A stretch of DNA of 64,000 nt from Calditrichia bacterium (GTDB taxonomy: Bacteria; Calditrichota; Calditrichia; RBG-13-44-9; J075): the NCBI GenBank assembly GCA_050633245.1, contig JBOEGD010000026.1:1-64000 (forward strand), written 5' to 3'. The notes below the pieces were generated by a model, which saw only the letters and a list, made by a program, of their open reading frames with translations, searched no databases and had not been told where the DNA came from. Shown one piece after another: positions 39,785 through 49,824 of this stretch (position 1 is the stretch's first letter; every line of letters begins with the position of its first letter). The translations under genes and the position numbers were made by a program.

Positions 39785-41167
39785 TCAAGTATTTTTTGCT
39801 CTTTGGGATTTCCGGTAGACCAGAAACAGCGTCATCAGCAGAATTGCCAGCATATACGCTGCATTAACTAACATAAAGTTGCGTTTAAAAAAGCTCTCGT
39901 TTACGTCGCGCTGGAGCCACTCGGAGAGCTTCCCGTAAATTTGCTGTCGCATCGCCGGCGGAAAGCTGCCAATTCGGGTATCGTGATAACCACCGGGATT
40001 TATCATGCGCAGTGCATCGACAGATGTGGCAGGAACAACTCCAGCTCCACTCCAGGTATCTAATTCTCCATGGATGTAAAGAATCTCGTTGCCTTCGTTT
40101 ACCAGCCACTGATGAATATCCTGCATAACCTCCGGACGATAGGTGAGATCGGCTTCCTGTGGTGCAAACGGACGATTGGAGGGCTCCGGGGCGGATGTTA
40201 GTAGATGAGCAAGGTGGTTGCTGACAAATCCGTAGTAGCCCAGCTCCGTCATTGCCTGATAAAAGAACGGCTGATAGGTAGTGATGCCTTTTTGAGTATA
40301 CAGGCCGAAAATGTTCATCTTTGCAATATGGCTGAAAATCTGTGCGGCAGATGCTGTCAAATCTGGAATTTGATCGCAACGCCATCTTCCCCATTGCCAA
40401 AAAGAGAAAGGGTATTCCAAAACGGTATATTCCAAAGCCGTATCAGCGCCGTGGGGGAAAACTTCATTCTTCTCGATAGCCCATTCTTCCAGAAGTGGAA
40501 TTAGTTCATGACGCTTCTCAAGCATTAGTATTTGAAACTGTTCAATCGCTTCTCTGCACTCGCTTGTGCCAACGGTTGCGAGATGCTCATCCAGACGTTT
40601 ATCCTCAACTGCCAGTGGAATGGGTGCTACCATCGGGATGGCTACATCGACATCGTTTGGATAGAACCGCTTGTGGAAGAGCGTTGTTTGTCCACCTTTG
40701 CTGATTCCGGTGCTGATCCATTTATCTGCATAGATGGACTTGAAGTGCTCGGCAATTTTGTGTAGGTCGTCGACAGACTGACGAACCGTCAGGTATTGCC
40801 AGTCCAGGCTGTCCGGAACCGATTCTCCGAAAAAGCGATGTTCAACTCTCAATTGATTTGCCGAAAGAAGGTCACACAATTCGCTGCGAACGTGTCCATT
40901 AATTTGGTAGCCTTCGGTAATAAAAATTACCGGCTGGGTGATATCATAATGATCGAGGTAGATGCGCTGCTCAAAGTTGCCCGCTGCCGGGTTTTGATGA
41001 TCCAGTGGCTGCGAGATGAAAATCTCAAACGATTGGTTAAACCCGTCTCGGGTTTCGATTGTTTTAACGCGCATGCCTTCAAGGGCAGATAGTTGATCGC
41101 GGATATCTGCAAGCCCGCAGAGTGTGCAGCCGATTAAGAGTAGCAATATCGAGATAGAGAGTCTCAT
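39785..41167 (-). CDS. S28/S37-type serine aminopeptidase with C-terminal membrane anchor
   Basis: QPLDH, EHRFFG, GISKGG, D..W, H; C-terminal TM plus basic tail. Confidence 0.88.
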   Translation of the reverse strand: MRLSISILLLLIGCTLCGLADIRDQLSALEGMRVKTIETRDGFNQSFEIFISQPLDHQNPAAGNFEQRIYLDHYDITQPVIFITEGYQINGHVRSELCDLLSANQLRVEHRFFGESVPDSLDWQYLTVRQSVDDLHKIAEHFKSIYADKWISTGISKGGQTTLFHKRFYPNDVDVAIPMVAPIPLAVEDKRLDEHLATVGTSECREAIEQFQILMLEKRHELIPLLEEWAIEKNEVFPHGADTALEYTVLEYPFSFWQWGRWRCDQIPDLTASAAQIFSHIAKMNIFGLYTQKGITTYQPFFYQAMTELGYYGFVSNHLAHLLTSAPEPSNRPFAPQEADLTYRPEVMQDIHQWLVNEGNEILYIHGELDTWSGAGVVPATSVDALRMINPGGYHDTRIGSFPPAMRQQIYGKLSEWLQRDVNESFFKRNFMLVNAAYMLAILLMTLFLVYRKSQRAKNT

Positions 41168-41450
41168 AATATCTGTCCGGGGGATACGTTCTTGTCTGGC
41201 TAACCGATTTATTGGCAAATATAATGGACAAAACTGTGATTCGGGATCGGTCAGGCTGAGCGGAGTCGAAGCCCTATTGATATCTTACCAGCTTCTCGGC
41301 TGCGCCAAGGTGACAAAACCCGAGTGGAAATCATTCTGTCAACGTCCGAGTTTTTCAAACATACGATTTTTTGACCAAATCTGCACGTTCTGTGTCTTTT
41401 AATTGTTCGCCATCATCGAACAAGTGAAGGCTCATCAAGGAGAAGCATTT

Positions 41451-41813
41451 ATGAAACCACAGCTCGTTTTTGTCTACAATGCCGATAGCGGTTTGTTTAA
41501 CACCATGGCCGATATTGCGCATAAGCTTATTTCTCCGCAAACCTATAGCTGTAACCTCTGCGCGCTCACCCACACGGCATTTGGAATGAAGGATGACTGG
41601 CGGGATTTTCTGGAAACTCTCAATGCGGAACTGGAGTTTTTGCATCGCGATGAATTTGTTAAGGCCGGTGGTTCCGATAGTGCCGACCTGCCGGCAATCT
41701 TTCTGCGCAAGGAAATCACGTTTGATGTTTGGATGTCGGCGGCTGAGATCAACAAGCTGGAAGATTTGGAGAGTTTGAAAAGCGGTATTCACCAGCGGCT
41801 TCAAGCAGAGTGA
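41451..41813 (+). CDS. Conserved hypothetical protein
   Basis: FVYNADSG...HK..SP.TY.C.LC..T pattern; AGGAG SD. Confidence 0.75.
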   Translation: MKPQLVFVYNADSGLFNTMADIAHKLISPQTYSCNLCALTHTAFGMKDDWRDFLETLNAELEFLHRDEFVKAGGSDSADLPAIFLRKEITFDVWMSAAEINKLEDLESLKSGIHQRLQAE

Positions 41814-42106
41814 GTAGCGGTCTGCTTTTCTGACCCAAAACTATCGCAGCAGCACCATCTTTTTCACCTGTGATTGATTGGCTGCTATTAGATTGTAATC
41901 AATTGTAATAAATGGCAAGTACGTGCCGATAAAGAAATCACTTGCATTGTAGTTACATCGTGTCTGCATTGTAGCTCGGAAATAGAGCAGTTTAGTTGGA
42001 TATTATAAAGCGTGCTCCACCCACATCGATTTTTGTGATCTATAGCGCCCAAGTCGTTTTGTAGGAAGAGTACGCTGATTTTAATTACACAGCCCAAGGT
42101 GTCATT

Positions 42107-42382
42107 ATGAGCAGCAATAAGAACACAGTCGTTAGAGCTCGAATTGATTCTGAGTTAAAACAGGATGTCGAAAGTATATTGAATACTATGGGATTGAATG
42201 TATCTGATGCAATCAGTCTCTTATTCAATATGATTAGACTACATAATGGAATACCCTTTGAAGTTAAAATACCCGTTTTAAAACCAGAAGTAATTGAAAC
42301 CTTCAAGAAAACTGATGCAAACGAAGACTTAGAAGAATTCGAGACCATTGACGATCTGAGGCAATCAATCAAGAAATGGTGA
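42107..42382 (+). CDS. dinJ: RelB/DinJ-family antitoxin
   Basis: VRARID..LK..V..IL..MGL..SDAI.L....GIPFE. Confidence 0.9.
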   Translation: MSSNKNTVVRARIDSELKQDVESILNTMGLNVSDAISLLFNMIRLHNGIPFEVKIPVLKPEVIETFKKTDANEDLEEFETIDDLRQSIKKW

Positions 42383-42388
42383 TGTGTA

Positions 42389-42648
42389 ATGAAAAAGATT
42401 GTTGTAACGGGTAGTTTCAAGAAAGGGATGAAGAGGGTTAGAAAAAGAGGTTGGGACGAAGAGGAACTTGTAACAGTTGCTCAAATGCTAGCAAAGGATG
42501 AAGTTTTACCTGAGCGATATAAGGATCATAAACTTGTTGGCAACGCCGCGAGTGCCATATACGTCCCGACTGGCTATTAATCTACAAGGTTGAAGAAGAT
42601 CGTATTATTCTTGAATATACCGGAAGTCATTCAGACCTTTTTGACTAA
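42389..42648 (+). pseudogene. yafQ: YafQ mRNA interferase toxin, frameshifted
   Basis: First frame ends ...YKDHKLVGN; a shifted frame from 42547 reads RECHIRPDWLLIYKVEEDRIILEYTGSHSDLFD*. Confidence 0.9.
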
Positions 42649-42851
42649 CCTTATTATTCAGTGATGAAGTTATGATGTCGAGAATGCATTTGACGATTTT
42701 TGGGAGGAACTACCATAAACTTTATGTGAGTTACTTTGTAGGATTGCTTTTGGAAGTAAACTTCAATCTCTAAATCTGATTTTTTTTGACTTCTGCCAAG
42801 GGATTCTTAATACACAATTTAATAAGCTGTTTAAGAGAAAAGAATTGAATG

Positions 42852-42891
42852 AAATGTAAAGCGCCGATTTTTTGACGCTTTACATTTTTTT
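42852..42891 (+). terminator. Hairpin with T-tail between convergent units
   Basis: aaatgtaaagcg...cgctttacattt followed by tttt. Confidence 0.55.
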
Positions 42892-42917
42892 GTAGTAAAT
42901 AAAAATATCGAGGAGTT

Positions 42918-43925
42918 TTAAGGCGTATTACCAATTGCCCAATCAATCAGATACAGTGCCGCAGGCAGATTCTCTTCAAACGTCGGCTGGATCTCGCTAT
43001 CTGGTAGTTCAAAACCGGGAAAACGGCTGCGCGGACGCAATTCAATGGTGAAGGCCATCGCGTTTTGCACGGCATATAACCAGTCCGCAGTGTCTCCACT
43101 GGCAAGATACAGATCGGATGCCTGTTGCGGCGTGTAGGACTTGCCGTGTACCGCCAGTATCTTTGCGGCCATCGCGCTGGCAAGCTGATCGAGCTGCACG
43201 TCATCAGGTGTCGGTGCATTGGTATGTCCCCAGGGATAGAGAACCAGTTGACTATAGCTGTGATAGGTAATCATTGCTTTTGGCTGTTCGCGATTTAGAA
43301 AATCACGCACGGCACGAGACTCCGGCTCCGAGAAGGCTGACGGTCCTCGATAGGTCTCGGAAAAACTGTCTCCCGATGAACCGGGTCCACCCCACTGATA
43401 ACCATAGTTACGATTGAGGTCGACGCCAAATGTTCCATCACCATTATCGCGACGATTTTTACGCCACAGGCGATTGGTGGTAACCGAGTACTGGTGTCCA
43501 TCGGGATTTACCATTGGAACAAACCAAACTTCTGCATTGTCGATTAAGCGCGTTATTAGTGTATCACTCCCGTATGCGTTTAACAGGTGATCCGCAGTTA
43601 GCAATGGAACGTCGACGGAAATCCATTCGCGGGCATGATGTGCGCCAAAGAAAATTACCACCGGTTCGTCTTCATCCTGGCTGACATTGTCGCTTATTTT
43701 TAATGCGGAAATCTGACGCCCTTCCAGAGATTGGCCAATTGAAGACACCGCTGCTATTTGTGGATGCGTGTTTTGAAATGACTGTAGTTTTTGATTCACT
43801 TCCGCATAGTTATGAAAAAGGCCGGCCGTCGGATCGGGCGGAGTGGTGGTGCCGTTACACGAGTTGAGCAGGAATAGCAGGGAAGCATTTAGCAGCATTA
43901 AGGAACTTATTTTCGACCAGCTCAT
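42918..43925 (-). CDS. M14 zinc carboxypeptidase (carboxypeptidase T-like) lipoprotein without prodomain
   Basis: HHARE, RKNR, DLNRN, YHSYS, IELRP; LNSC lipobox. Confidence 0.95.
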   Translation of the reverse strand: MSWSKISSLMLLNASLLFLLNSCNGTTTPPDPTAGLFHNYAEVNQKLQSFQNTHPQIAAVSSIGQSLEGRQISALKISDNVSQDEDEPVVIFFGAHHAREWISVDVPLLTADHLLNAYGSDTLITRLIDNAEVWFVPMVNPDGHQYSVTTNRLWRKNRRDNGDGTFGVDLNRNYGYQWGGPGSSGDSFSETYRGPSAFSEPESRAVRDFLNREQPKAMITYHSYSQLVLYPWGHTNAPTPDDVQLDQLASAMAAKILAVHGKSYTPQQASDLYLASGDTADWLYAVQNAMAFTIELRPRSRFPGFELPDSEIQPTFEENLPAALYLIDWAIGNTP

Positions 43926-44377
43926 TTGTTCTCCTCCCTGCGCGTTTGACTGTTCTCTTCCAGAATGGCCACCGTAAAACCGGCGTCTCTTAAGCGGGTG
44001 ATGTGCAGGTCGTACGCCTGTGCAACTGCTTTGTTTTCCTCAACATCCCACAGGTCAATTCCCATGTCAACGATGGTTTGGACAGATGTCGAATCCTGAA
44101 GTTGAATTTCAACGACGCGCTGTATCAAATCTGCTTCATTTAGCTGCACGGTGTTAACGGCCTGCACGGCCTGCATGCCGTCGATGCGAATAATAATGTA
44201 ATCGGGTTGCTTTACCAGAATTTCAGCTCCGGCATTGGTCAACTTTTCAATCGTTGCTGCATCGGCCGTCGGAACTTTACGCAGGCCTTTGCCGGTTGAA
44301 AGTGCTTCAACGGGTTCGGGGGTAGCGCATCCGGTAAGGAAGGCAACAATTAAAAAAATACTGAAGAATATTCTCAT
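43922..44377 (-). CDS. Lipoprotein resembling a duplicated M14 activation (pro) domain
   Basis: LTGC lipobox; GIDLWD...LRDAGFTVAILEE pattern; ATGA overlap with the peptidase. Confidence 0.65.
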   Translation of the reverse strand: MRIFFSIFLIVAFLTGCATPEPVEALSTGKGLRKVPTADAATIEKLTNAGAEILVKQPDYIIIRIDGMQAVQAVNTVQLNEADLIQRVVEIQLQDSTSVQTIVDMGIDLWDVEENKAVAQAYDLHITRLRDAGFTVAILEENSQTRREENK

Positions 44378-44420
44378 GCGGTGACCCTCAGATGTGTGAA
44401 TACGGGTGTATAAAACTAAA

Positions 44421-44448
44421 AACGCCGAATGCTGATGCATTCGGCGTT
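44421..44448 (-). terminator. Intrinsic terminator after the 44469-45602 gene
   Basis: aacgccgaatgc/gcattcggcgtt 12-bp stem followed by a U-rich tail on the minus strand. Confidence 0.7.
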
Positions 44449-44468
44449 GAAAAAGAGTAGGGTGAATT

Positions 44469-45602
44469 CTATTCTGCGTAGACTTCAAATTCTTTGTCTG
44501 TAGAAAAGCGACGTGTGTTTTTGTTGGTCGTTTTTGTCGTTTTTTTCTTCACTGTTTTCGCGATTTCCTTTTCCTGCGTTTCGCGATTGTATACCAGGAA
44601 GTCTCTCTTCTCCGGGTCGATCTTTACTTCCACTTTTCCAAAGCGCCAGATGCCAGAGTAGGTGCGACCACCGTTGGTTGATTCAACTTCAATGTCGATA
44701 AGCTGGTAACCATTACGCTCGAACGTTTTTCGCTTGGAATTAAAACCATTCCAGTTGTCTTCCAGCCAAAGCTTGTGGTTGTCATCGCCATCACGCCAGA
44801 TGCCGAGGTGTTTTCTGCTATTGCCCTCACCTGTATAAATTTCCATATCGACCAGCCTGAGGTTATTTGTGTTGTAATCTTTCCATTTCGCCACAAATTC
44901 ATCTTCAGAGGAAGCCTTCCAAATGCGTTCATCATCTGATGCTTCTTCCCACACTGCTGCATATCGTAGATCACCCTTATAGCTATAAGGCTCCACGTCC
45001 AGCAGGCGATAGCCGCGTTCACTGAGATCACGCTGAAGTTCAAGAAAGGTTACCCAGTTAAAGTTCGCGCGAAAAATGTGTGGCTTCGAGCTTTTACGCC
45101 ACAAGCCGAGAATCTGTCGATCACCGTCGTCCTGATAAATTTCCAGGTCAATAAGACGATAGTCATCACCGGCATTGTCATCCCATTTATCCTGAAAGTC
45201 TGTCCAGCTACCGGTTTTCCACAGGCGATCATCGTCGCTGCCTTCAAACCAGACGGCTGCATAACGAACGCTGCGTCCAACAAGATAAGGTTCGACGTCT
45301 ACGAGTTGAAGATCACCACGCTGTAGGCTCGTTCGCTTCGAATTAAGTTCGCTCCATGAGAGGTCGGTCCAGGTTTCGCTGACGTTGTCGCCACCGCCGC
45401 CGGTGTCATCGCCAGTATCATTCCCATTGTCGCCGCCGGTATCATCTCCGGGCACAGTGGTGTCGCTACCGCCGTCATCATCATTTGGTGTGCGTAGTGG
45501 TTTACAGCTTTCGAGAGCCACCATCAAAACAAGCAGAGTGAGTCCAAGTGCCAAAATACGACGTATTGCCGACACAAGTGTGGCTGGTGAGGTCTGTTTC
45601 AC
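44469..45602 (-). CDS. Lipoprotein with an Asp/Gly linker and five ~50-aa BTRD1 (polyglycine-hydrolase-like) repeats
   Basis: LESC lipobox; repeats W..F.......GYRL.D.E.Y.....Y.(A/G).W. Confidence 0.8.
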   Translation of the reverse strand: MKQTSPATLVSAIRRILALGLTLLVLMVALESCKPLRTPNDDDGGSDTTVPGDDTGGDNGNDTGDDTGGGGDNVSETWTDLSWSELNSKRTSLQRGDLQLVDVEPYLVGRSVRYAAVWFEGSDDDRLWKTGSWTDFQDKWDDNAGDDYRLIDLEIYQDDGDRQILGLWRKSSKPHIFRANFNWVTFLELQRDLSERGYRLLDVEPYSYKGDLRYAAVWEEASDDERIWKASSEDEFVAKWKDYNTNNLRLVDMEIYTGEGNSRKHLGIWRDGDDNHKLWLEDNWNGFNSKRKTFERNGYQLIDIEVESTNGGRTYSGIWRFGKVEVKIDPEKRDFLVYNRETQEKEIAKTVKKKTTKTTNKNTRRFSTDKEFEVYAE

Positions 45603-45835
45603 GATTCAGTCTCCTACGGGCGCATGCCTAATTTGTACATGTTAGCGTCATTTTCACTGTGAAAAATCAGCGAAAAACACAAAACTCTGATAATCGAGCT
45701 AAACAATTTATCTTTTAGGATTTAGCATCTGTCGCAATTATACGGATAATTCTTAAAAAAATCCACCAAAAAATAAGAGTTAAAGATTCGCTATAGTCTT
45801 TATTTCTCTTGGTTTATGGTAGATTTTATGTCCGT

Positions 45836-46867
45836 TTAGTTTTGCTGCCAGACGCCGCTGTAGCGTAGGCTGCCGGTATGGACGTCAACTTCCAAGTCTA
45901 CAAGTCGAAGCCGCTGGCGACTGTATTCGCGATGTTTCTCTCGGAAGCCATCCCAATCATCTCCCATCCAGAGGCGATAACTTCCGGATTTTCTATGGAA
46001 GATACCAGCATATTTACGGCGTCCGTCTTCAACAAAAATTTCCAGATTATAGAGGCGATAACCATCTCCGGCAAATTCTTTCCATTTGTCCTGAAATTCA
46101 CTTTTAGAACTGGTTTTCCATATTTTATCCGAAGAGCTGCTCGGCTCCCACACTGCGGCATATCGAACGGCACCATTTACAACATAGGGCTCCAGATCAA
46201 TAGTGCGATAACCGTCGTTGCGCGCGGTTCTTTGATGACCGACGAATGTTTCCCAGTCCATATTTGCGCGAAAAAGGTGAGTTTTGCTGCTGCGTTTCCA
46301 TACGCCTACGATATGATTGCTGCCATTTTCCGGATAAACTTCCAAATCGATGAGACGAAACCCCTGTCGACCGAACTCTTCCCATTTGTTGCGCATGTCG
46401 CTCCAGCTCCCGGTGTTCCAGATAGGGCGTCGGTTTTGATCTTTATGCCAGATTCCGGCATAGACATTTTTGCCATTGCGACGATAGACCTCAACATTGG
46501 CTAGTCGCAGATTATCTCTCGCAAACTCTTCTCTTTTTTGAAGAAACGAATTCCATCCGGAGTTGACCCATATCGCATAGGAACCGACGGGGCCACCGCT
46601 GTTAAAGCGCGGATTATCTTCCTCGATAATAAACTCACCAATCGGACTGTTCTTGTCTACGACCTCTCCAACATTGGTTGTTGGTGTGCCTTTTCCAACT
46701 TCACCTTTTCCGGCCTGTTTACTGTCTTCCAGGCCAATGGAGTCGTGCGGATTGATGATTCTTGGCGCACTACACGCCGAATACGTGAATACTGCGAAGC
46801 AAATTGCGATGGAACTAAATCGCAGAAAGTTAGCGAACGATGCGGGTCGTTGCGACGGGTGATGCAT
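45836..46867 (-). CDS. Paralogous lipoprotein with five BTRD1-like repeats
   Basis: YSAC lipobox; same repeat consensus, colinear with the neighbouring gene. Confidence 0.8.
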   Translation of the reverse strand: MHHPSQRPASFANFLRFSSIAICFAVFTYSACSAPRIINPHDSIGLEDSKQAGKGEVGKGTPTTNVGEVVDKNSPIGEFIIEEDNPRFNSGGPVGSYAIWVNSGWNSFLQKREEFARDNLRLANVEVYRRNGKNVYAGIWHKDQNRRPIWNTGSWSDMRNKWEEFGRQGFRLIDLEVYPENGSNHIVGVWKRSSKTHLFRANMDWETFVGHQRTARNDGYRTIDLEPYVVNGAVRYAAVWEPSSSSDKIWKTSSKSEFQDKWKEFAGDGYRLYNLEIFVEDGRRKYAGIFHRKSGSYRLWMGDDWDGFREKHREYSRQRLRLVDLEVDVHTGSLRYSGVWQQN

Positions 46868-47059
46868 AAGAGACCTCCTCCAGTTTTGTCTTCCGGCTTA
46901 TTCCCTCCATCCGGCAATACGATCTCTTCAATCAATATACATAATCTAATGCTTTTTCTAAAGAACGCATTTTCGTAAAGATTTGCAACGGTTTGATATG
47001 TCGTTTGTAAGTGAGATATTTCAGCATTCAACCAAATTGCTAAAAATGGAGAACATGAT

Positions 47060-47836
47060 ATGTGGCGATTGATTTTACCTGTTTTCTTTGCATTACTGGT
47101 CTTTGTCGCTTGTAATAATCACAATGCAGAGAACCATTATGCTGAGGGTGAGCATAGCGAGGCGCATGGTGAACACGACGGGGACCTGAGTGATGAGCAT
47201 GATGGTGATCCTGCGGATGAACACGATGGGCATAATCATAATCATGATGACGATGCCAACGCGCATATGCATAAGACACCCTTCGAAGAACTGGTAAAGC
47301 GTTTTGAAGAGCCTGGACGCGACGATTGGCAACAGCCGAAAAAGGTGGTGGCTATGATGGGCAACCTGGCAGGAAAGACGGTTGCTGATATTGGTGTTGG
47401 AACCGGGTTCTTTGCATTTCCTTTGGCAGAAGCCGGGGCGAAGGTGATTGCTATTGATATTGATCAGCGCTTTCTTGACTACGTAGATGCAAAGAAGAAT
47501 AAGATGGAAAGCCAACCGGCGATTGAACTGCGTTTGGCAAAAGAAGATGATCCTCTGCTGAAAAAGGACGAAGCTGACCACGCAATTATTGTGAACACCT
47601 ACCATCATATTCACAATCGAAAAGCTTATTTCGCCGGCGTACGCAACGATTTAAAAGAAGGCGGCTCGCTGTGGGTCGTAGATTTTCGCAAAAAAGAACT
47701 GCCGATGGGGCCGCCGGTTGAAATGAAAATGAGTGCCGAGACGGTTGAAAAGGAACTATTAGCCGCCGGTTATAGCAAGGTTACAATTGATCGCAGCTCG
47801 TTGGCTTATCAGTATATCGTGGTTGCAGAAAAATAA
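47060..47836 (+). CDS. Lipoprotein class I SAM methyltransferase with a His/Asp-rich linker
   Basis: FVAC lipobox; EHDGD repeats; RDDWQQP, VADIGVGTG, NTYHH. Confidence 0.88.
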   Translation: MWRLILPVFFALLVFVACNNHNAENHYAEGEHSEAHGEHDGDLSDEHDGDPADEHDGHNHNHDDDANAHMHKTPFEELVKRFEEPGRDDWQQPKKVVAMMGNLAGKTVADIGVGTGFFAFPLAEAGAKVIAIDIDQRFLDYVDAKKNKMESQPAIELRLAKEDDPLLKKDEADHAIIVNTYHHIHNRKAYFAGVRNDLKEGGSLWVVDFRKKELPMGPPVEMKMSAETVEKELLAAGYSKVTIDRSSLAYQYIVVAEK

Positions 47837-47850
47837 TCCCATCTGTACTG

Positions 47851-47892
47851 CCGTATTGTAGAGCCGCAATGCATTGCGGCTCTACAATACGG
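47851..47892. repeat. Perfect 42-bp GTAG-type REP palindrome between convergent genes
   Basis: ccgtattgtagagccgcaatg|cattgcggctctacaatacgg. Confidence 0.92.
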
Positions 47893-47894
47893 AA

Positions 47895-49328
47895 TCATCT
47901 TGCCAATATCATTTGTCTTGTAATGCTGTAACTTTGTTGACCAGATGATACATCCAATCGATAAAAATAGCTGCCGCTTGGAAGCGCATTGCCGTTTGAG
48001 TCGCGTGCATCCCAGACGGCGCTATGTACTCCGGCCGATTGCCTTTGCTGTGTGAGAATCTGGAGTTGCTGTCCCAGCGTATTAAAAACGCTCAGTTTGA
48101 TGTCCGCACCCGCAACCAACTCATATTCGATTGTTGTCGATGGATTAAATGGATTGGGATAATTCTGCTCCAAAATGACCGTTTCAATCTGAGTATTCTG
48201 CTCATCTTCGACACCGGTAATGTTGCGATTCAATTTTAGAACCGTCAGGTCTCCATTGAAGTTACTGGTGTACACGTAGTCACTCTCAGGCGTGAGATAC
48301 GCTCCCCAGCAACCCCAAAATCCCGGTGAGTCGTTGCGCGGATAGGTATCGTAGCTGGCGACTTCTTCCATATTTAATGGATCACTAATATCGACAACAG
48401 ACACGCCGTATGCATAATGTGAAATTACCGCAAGGTCTCCCCAAATGTGGGCATTATGCGCAATGTTATTGGGTGCGAGGTATTCATCTGCCAAAACGAT
48501 ATTTGAAAGATCCGAGATATCCCACAATTTCACGGTTCGATTGTTAGTTTCCTCTGTGGTCATCAAATAGCGTCCATCGTCAGTTGGCCAGGCATTGTGG
48601 CCGTAGCCACCTGTCGGCGACACGATGCGATTAATGAAGACCGGGTTTTGTTTATCCGTAGCATCCCAAATCGAAAAGGCACTATTGGTACCTTCTGACA
48701 CATACAGCGTATCGTTGCGCGCATAGACATCGTGGGTCAGTGTGTTTGAGGTTGGCGTAATAAGCAGATTGACATCGACAGGATTTACCGGATCGGCAAG
48801 ATCTACAAAGCGGACGCCGCGCGCGTTCTGTGAAATAATATAGGCGAATCCCTTGTTCACATCGATGTGCATATTATGTGAGCGAATATTTGAGCCGGTT
48901 TCATAGGTGTTCACCAGGCTAACACTATCGGGCAATGTTGACATGTCCATGATCATGAGTCCGCGAACTGTGCCACTCATCTCGCTAACGGCATAGGCGT
49001 ACTGACCATAGGTCTGTATATCGCGATGGTAATAGCAGTCGCCAAGTGATGGTCCGGTAATTACATCAATAATCTGCATTTCCGGAACCTTTACAAAGGC
49101 AACCCCGGTCGTAACACCCATTATAGCGTATTCGCTGCCATCGGGTGCAGTATACCCCCAAACGTCCGAACCGCCGGTGGTATCTGTGCCTGCACAATTT
49201 GTGCGCAGCGCAGTAAAGTTCACTTTCCCTACTAAGTCCAGGCTATAGCTTTTCTGCGCCTGAGCCGAGAGAGAAAAAATTAGTATGAATAGAAGAGCCT
49301 TGAAATATAGTTGTAGTAAACGCTTCAT
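47895..49328 (-). CDS. Choice-of-anchor B / LVIVD-repeat secreted protein with C-terminal FlgD-Ig/sorting domain
   Basis: SDVWGY..EYA, RDI.TY, HN/HD repeats, VVDISDP; QNYPNPFNPST...WD.RD..G...SG.YFY. Confidence 0.85.
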   Translation of the reverse strand: MKRLLQLYFKALLFILIFSLSAQAQKSYSLDLVGKVNFTALRTNCAGTDTTGGSDVWGYTAPDGSEYAIMGVTTGVAFVKVPEMQIIDVITGPSLGDCYYHRDIQTYGQYAYAVSEMSGTVRGLMIMDMSTLPDSVSLVNTYETGSNIRSHNMHIDVNKGFAYIISQNARGVRFVDLADPVNPVDVNLLITPTSNTLTHDVYARNDTLYVSEGTNSAFSIWDATDKQNPVFINRIVSPTGGYGHNAWPTDDGRYLMTTEETNNRTVKLWDISDLSNIVLADEYLAPNNIAHNAHIWGDLAVISHYAYGVSVVDISDPLNMEEVASYDTYPRNDSPGFWGCWGAYLTPESDYVYTSNFNGDLTVLKLNRNITGVEDEQNTQIETVILEQNYPNPFNPSTTIEYELVAGADIKLSVFNTLGQQLQILTQQRQSAGVHSAVWDARDSNGNALPSGSYFYRLDVSSGQQSYSITRQMILAR

Positions 49329-49613
49329 ATTTGCCCCTAATTATTGTGATATCGTAAAAAGTAATTGAATTTCATGTTCGTTATTTTCATTCCCGCTTGT
49401 GCCGTTATTTGGATATACCAAAATTATGGTTATTTTTATATATGGGATATGAATTGGCTTACCATAACTGGGAATGGTTACGTCAATATTCAATCAATTA
49501 GCTTTAATGTCAATGTTTTGCCTGATATTTGTGGTTTTTTCGGTAAATTACCGAGGACTATTTCAGTGCAGCATTGGGCTATTTAATTTGTGTTAAGAAT
49601 TGATTTCATCATT

Positions 49614-49631
49614 TGTTGAGCAAAATCAACA
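49614..49631. promoter_or_regulatory. Possible FNR/CRP-family operator TTGAG-CAAA-ATCAA
   Basis: tgttgagcaaaatcaaca, one mismatch to TTGAT-N4-ATCAA, in a divergent intergenic region. Confidence 0.3.
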
Positions 49632-49824
49632 CAAAAGTGACAGGTGTCAATACTTTGTCTAGCATAGCACTGGAGGGGATGCCTTAAAAATCATTCCGCT
49701 ATTTCACCGATGTGGCCTCGCATCAGGTTCTTTCAAACACAATTATTCCCATTAAGTTTTGCCCATGCAAACCCGATTATGGTTTGTGACAGGGCCGTTT
49801 GTTCAATTTACCCAGGGAGGGGTT

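Noticed and set aside
42545-42547. Programmed frameshift in yafQ
   Set aside because: There is no slippery sequence, and conserved residues are missing at the junction, indicating a deletion
45878-46504. 208-aa antisense ORF and other shadow ORFs (e.g. 47093-47614, 39885-40400, 52957-53466)
   Set aside because: They overlap well-supported genes and show no recognisable motifs or SD
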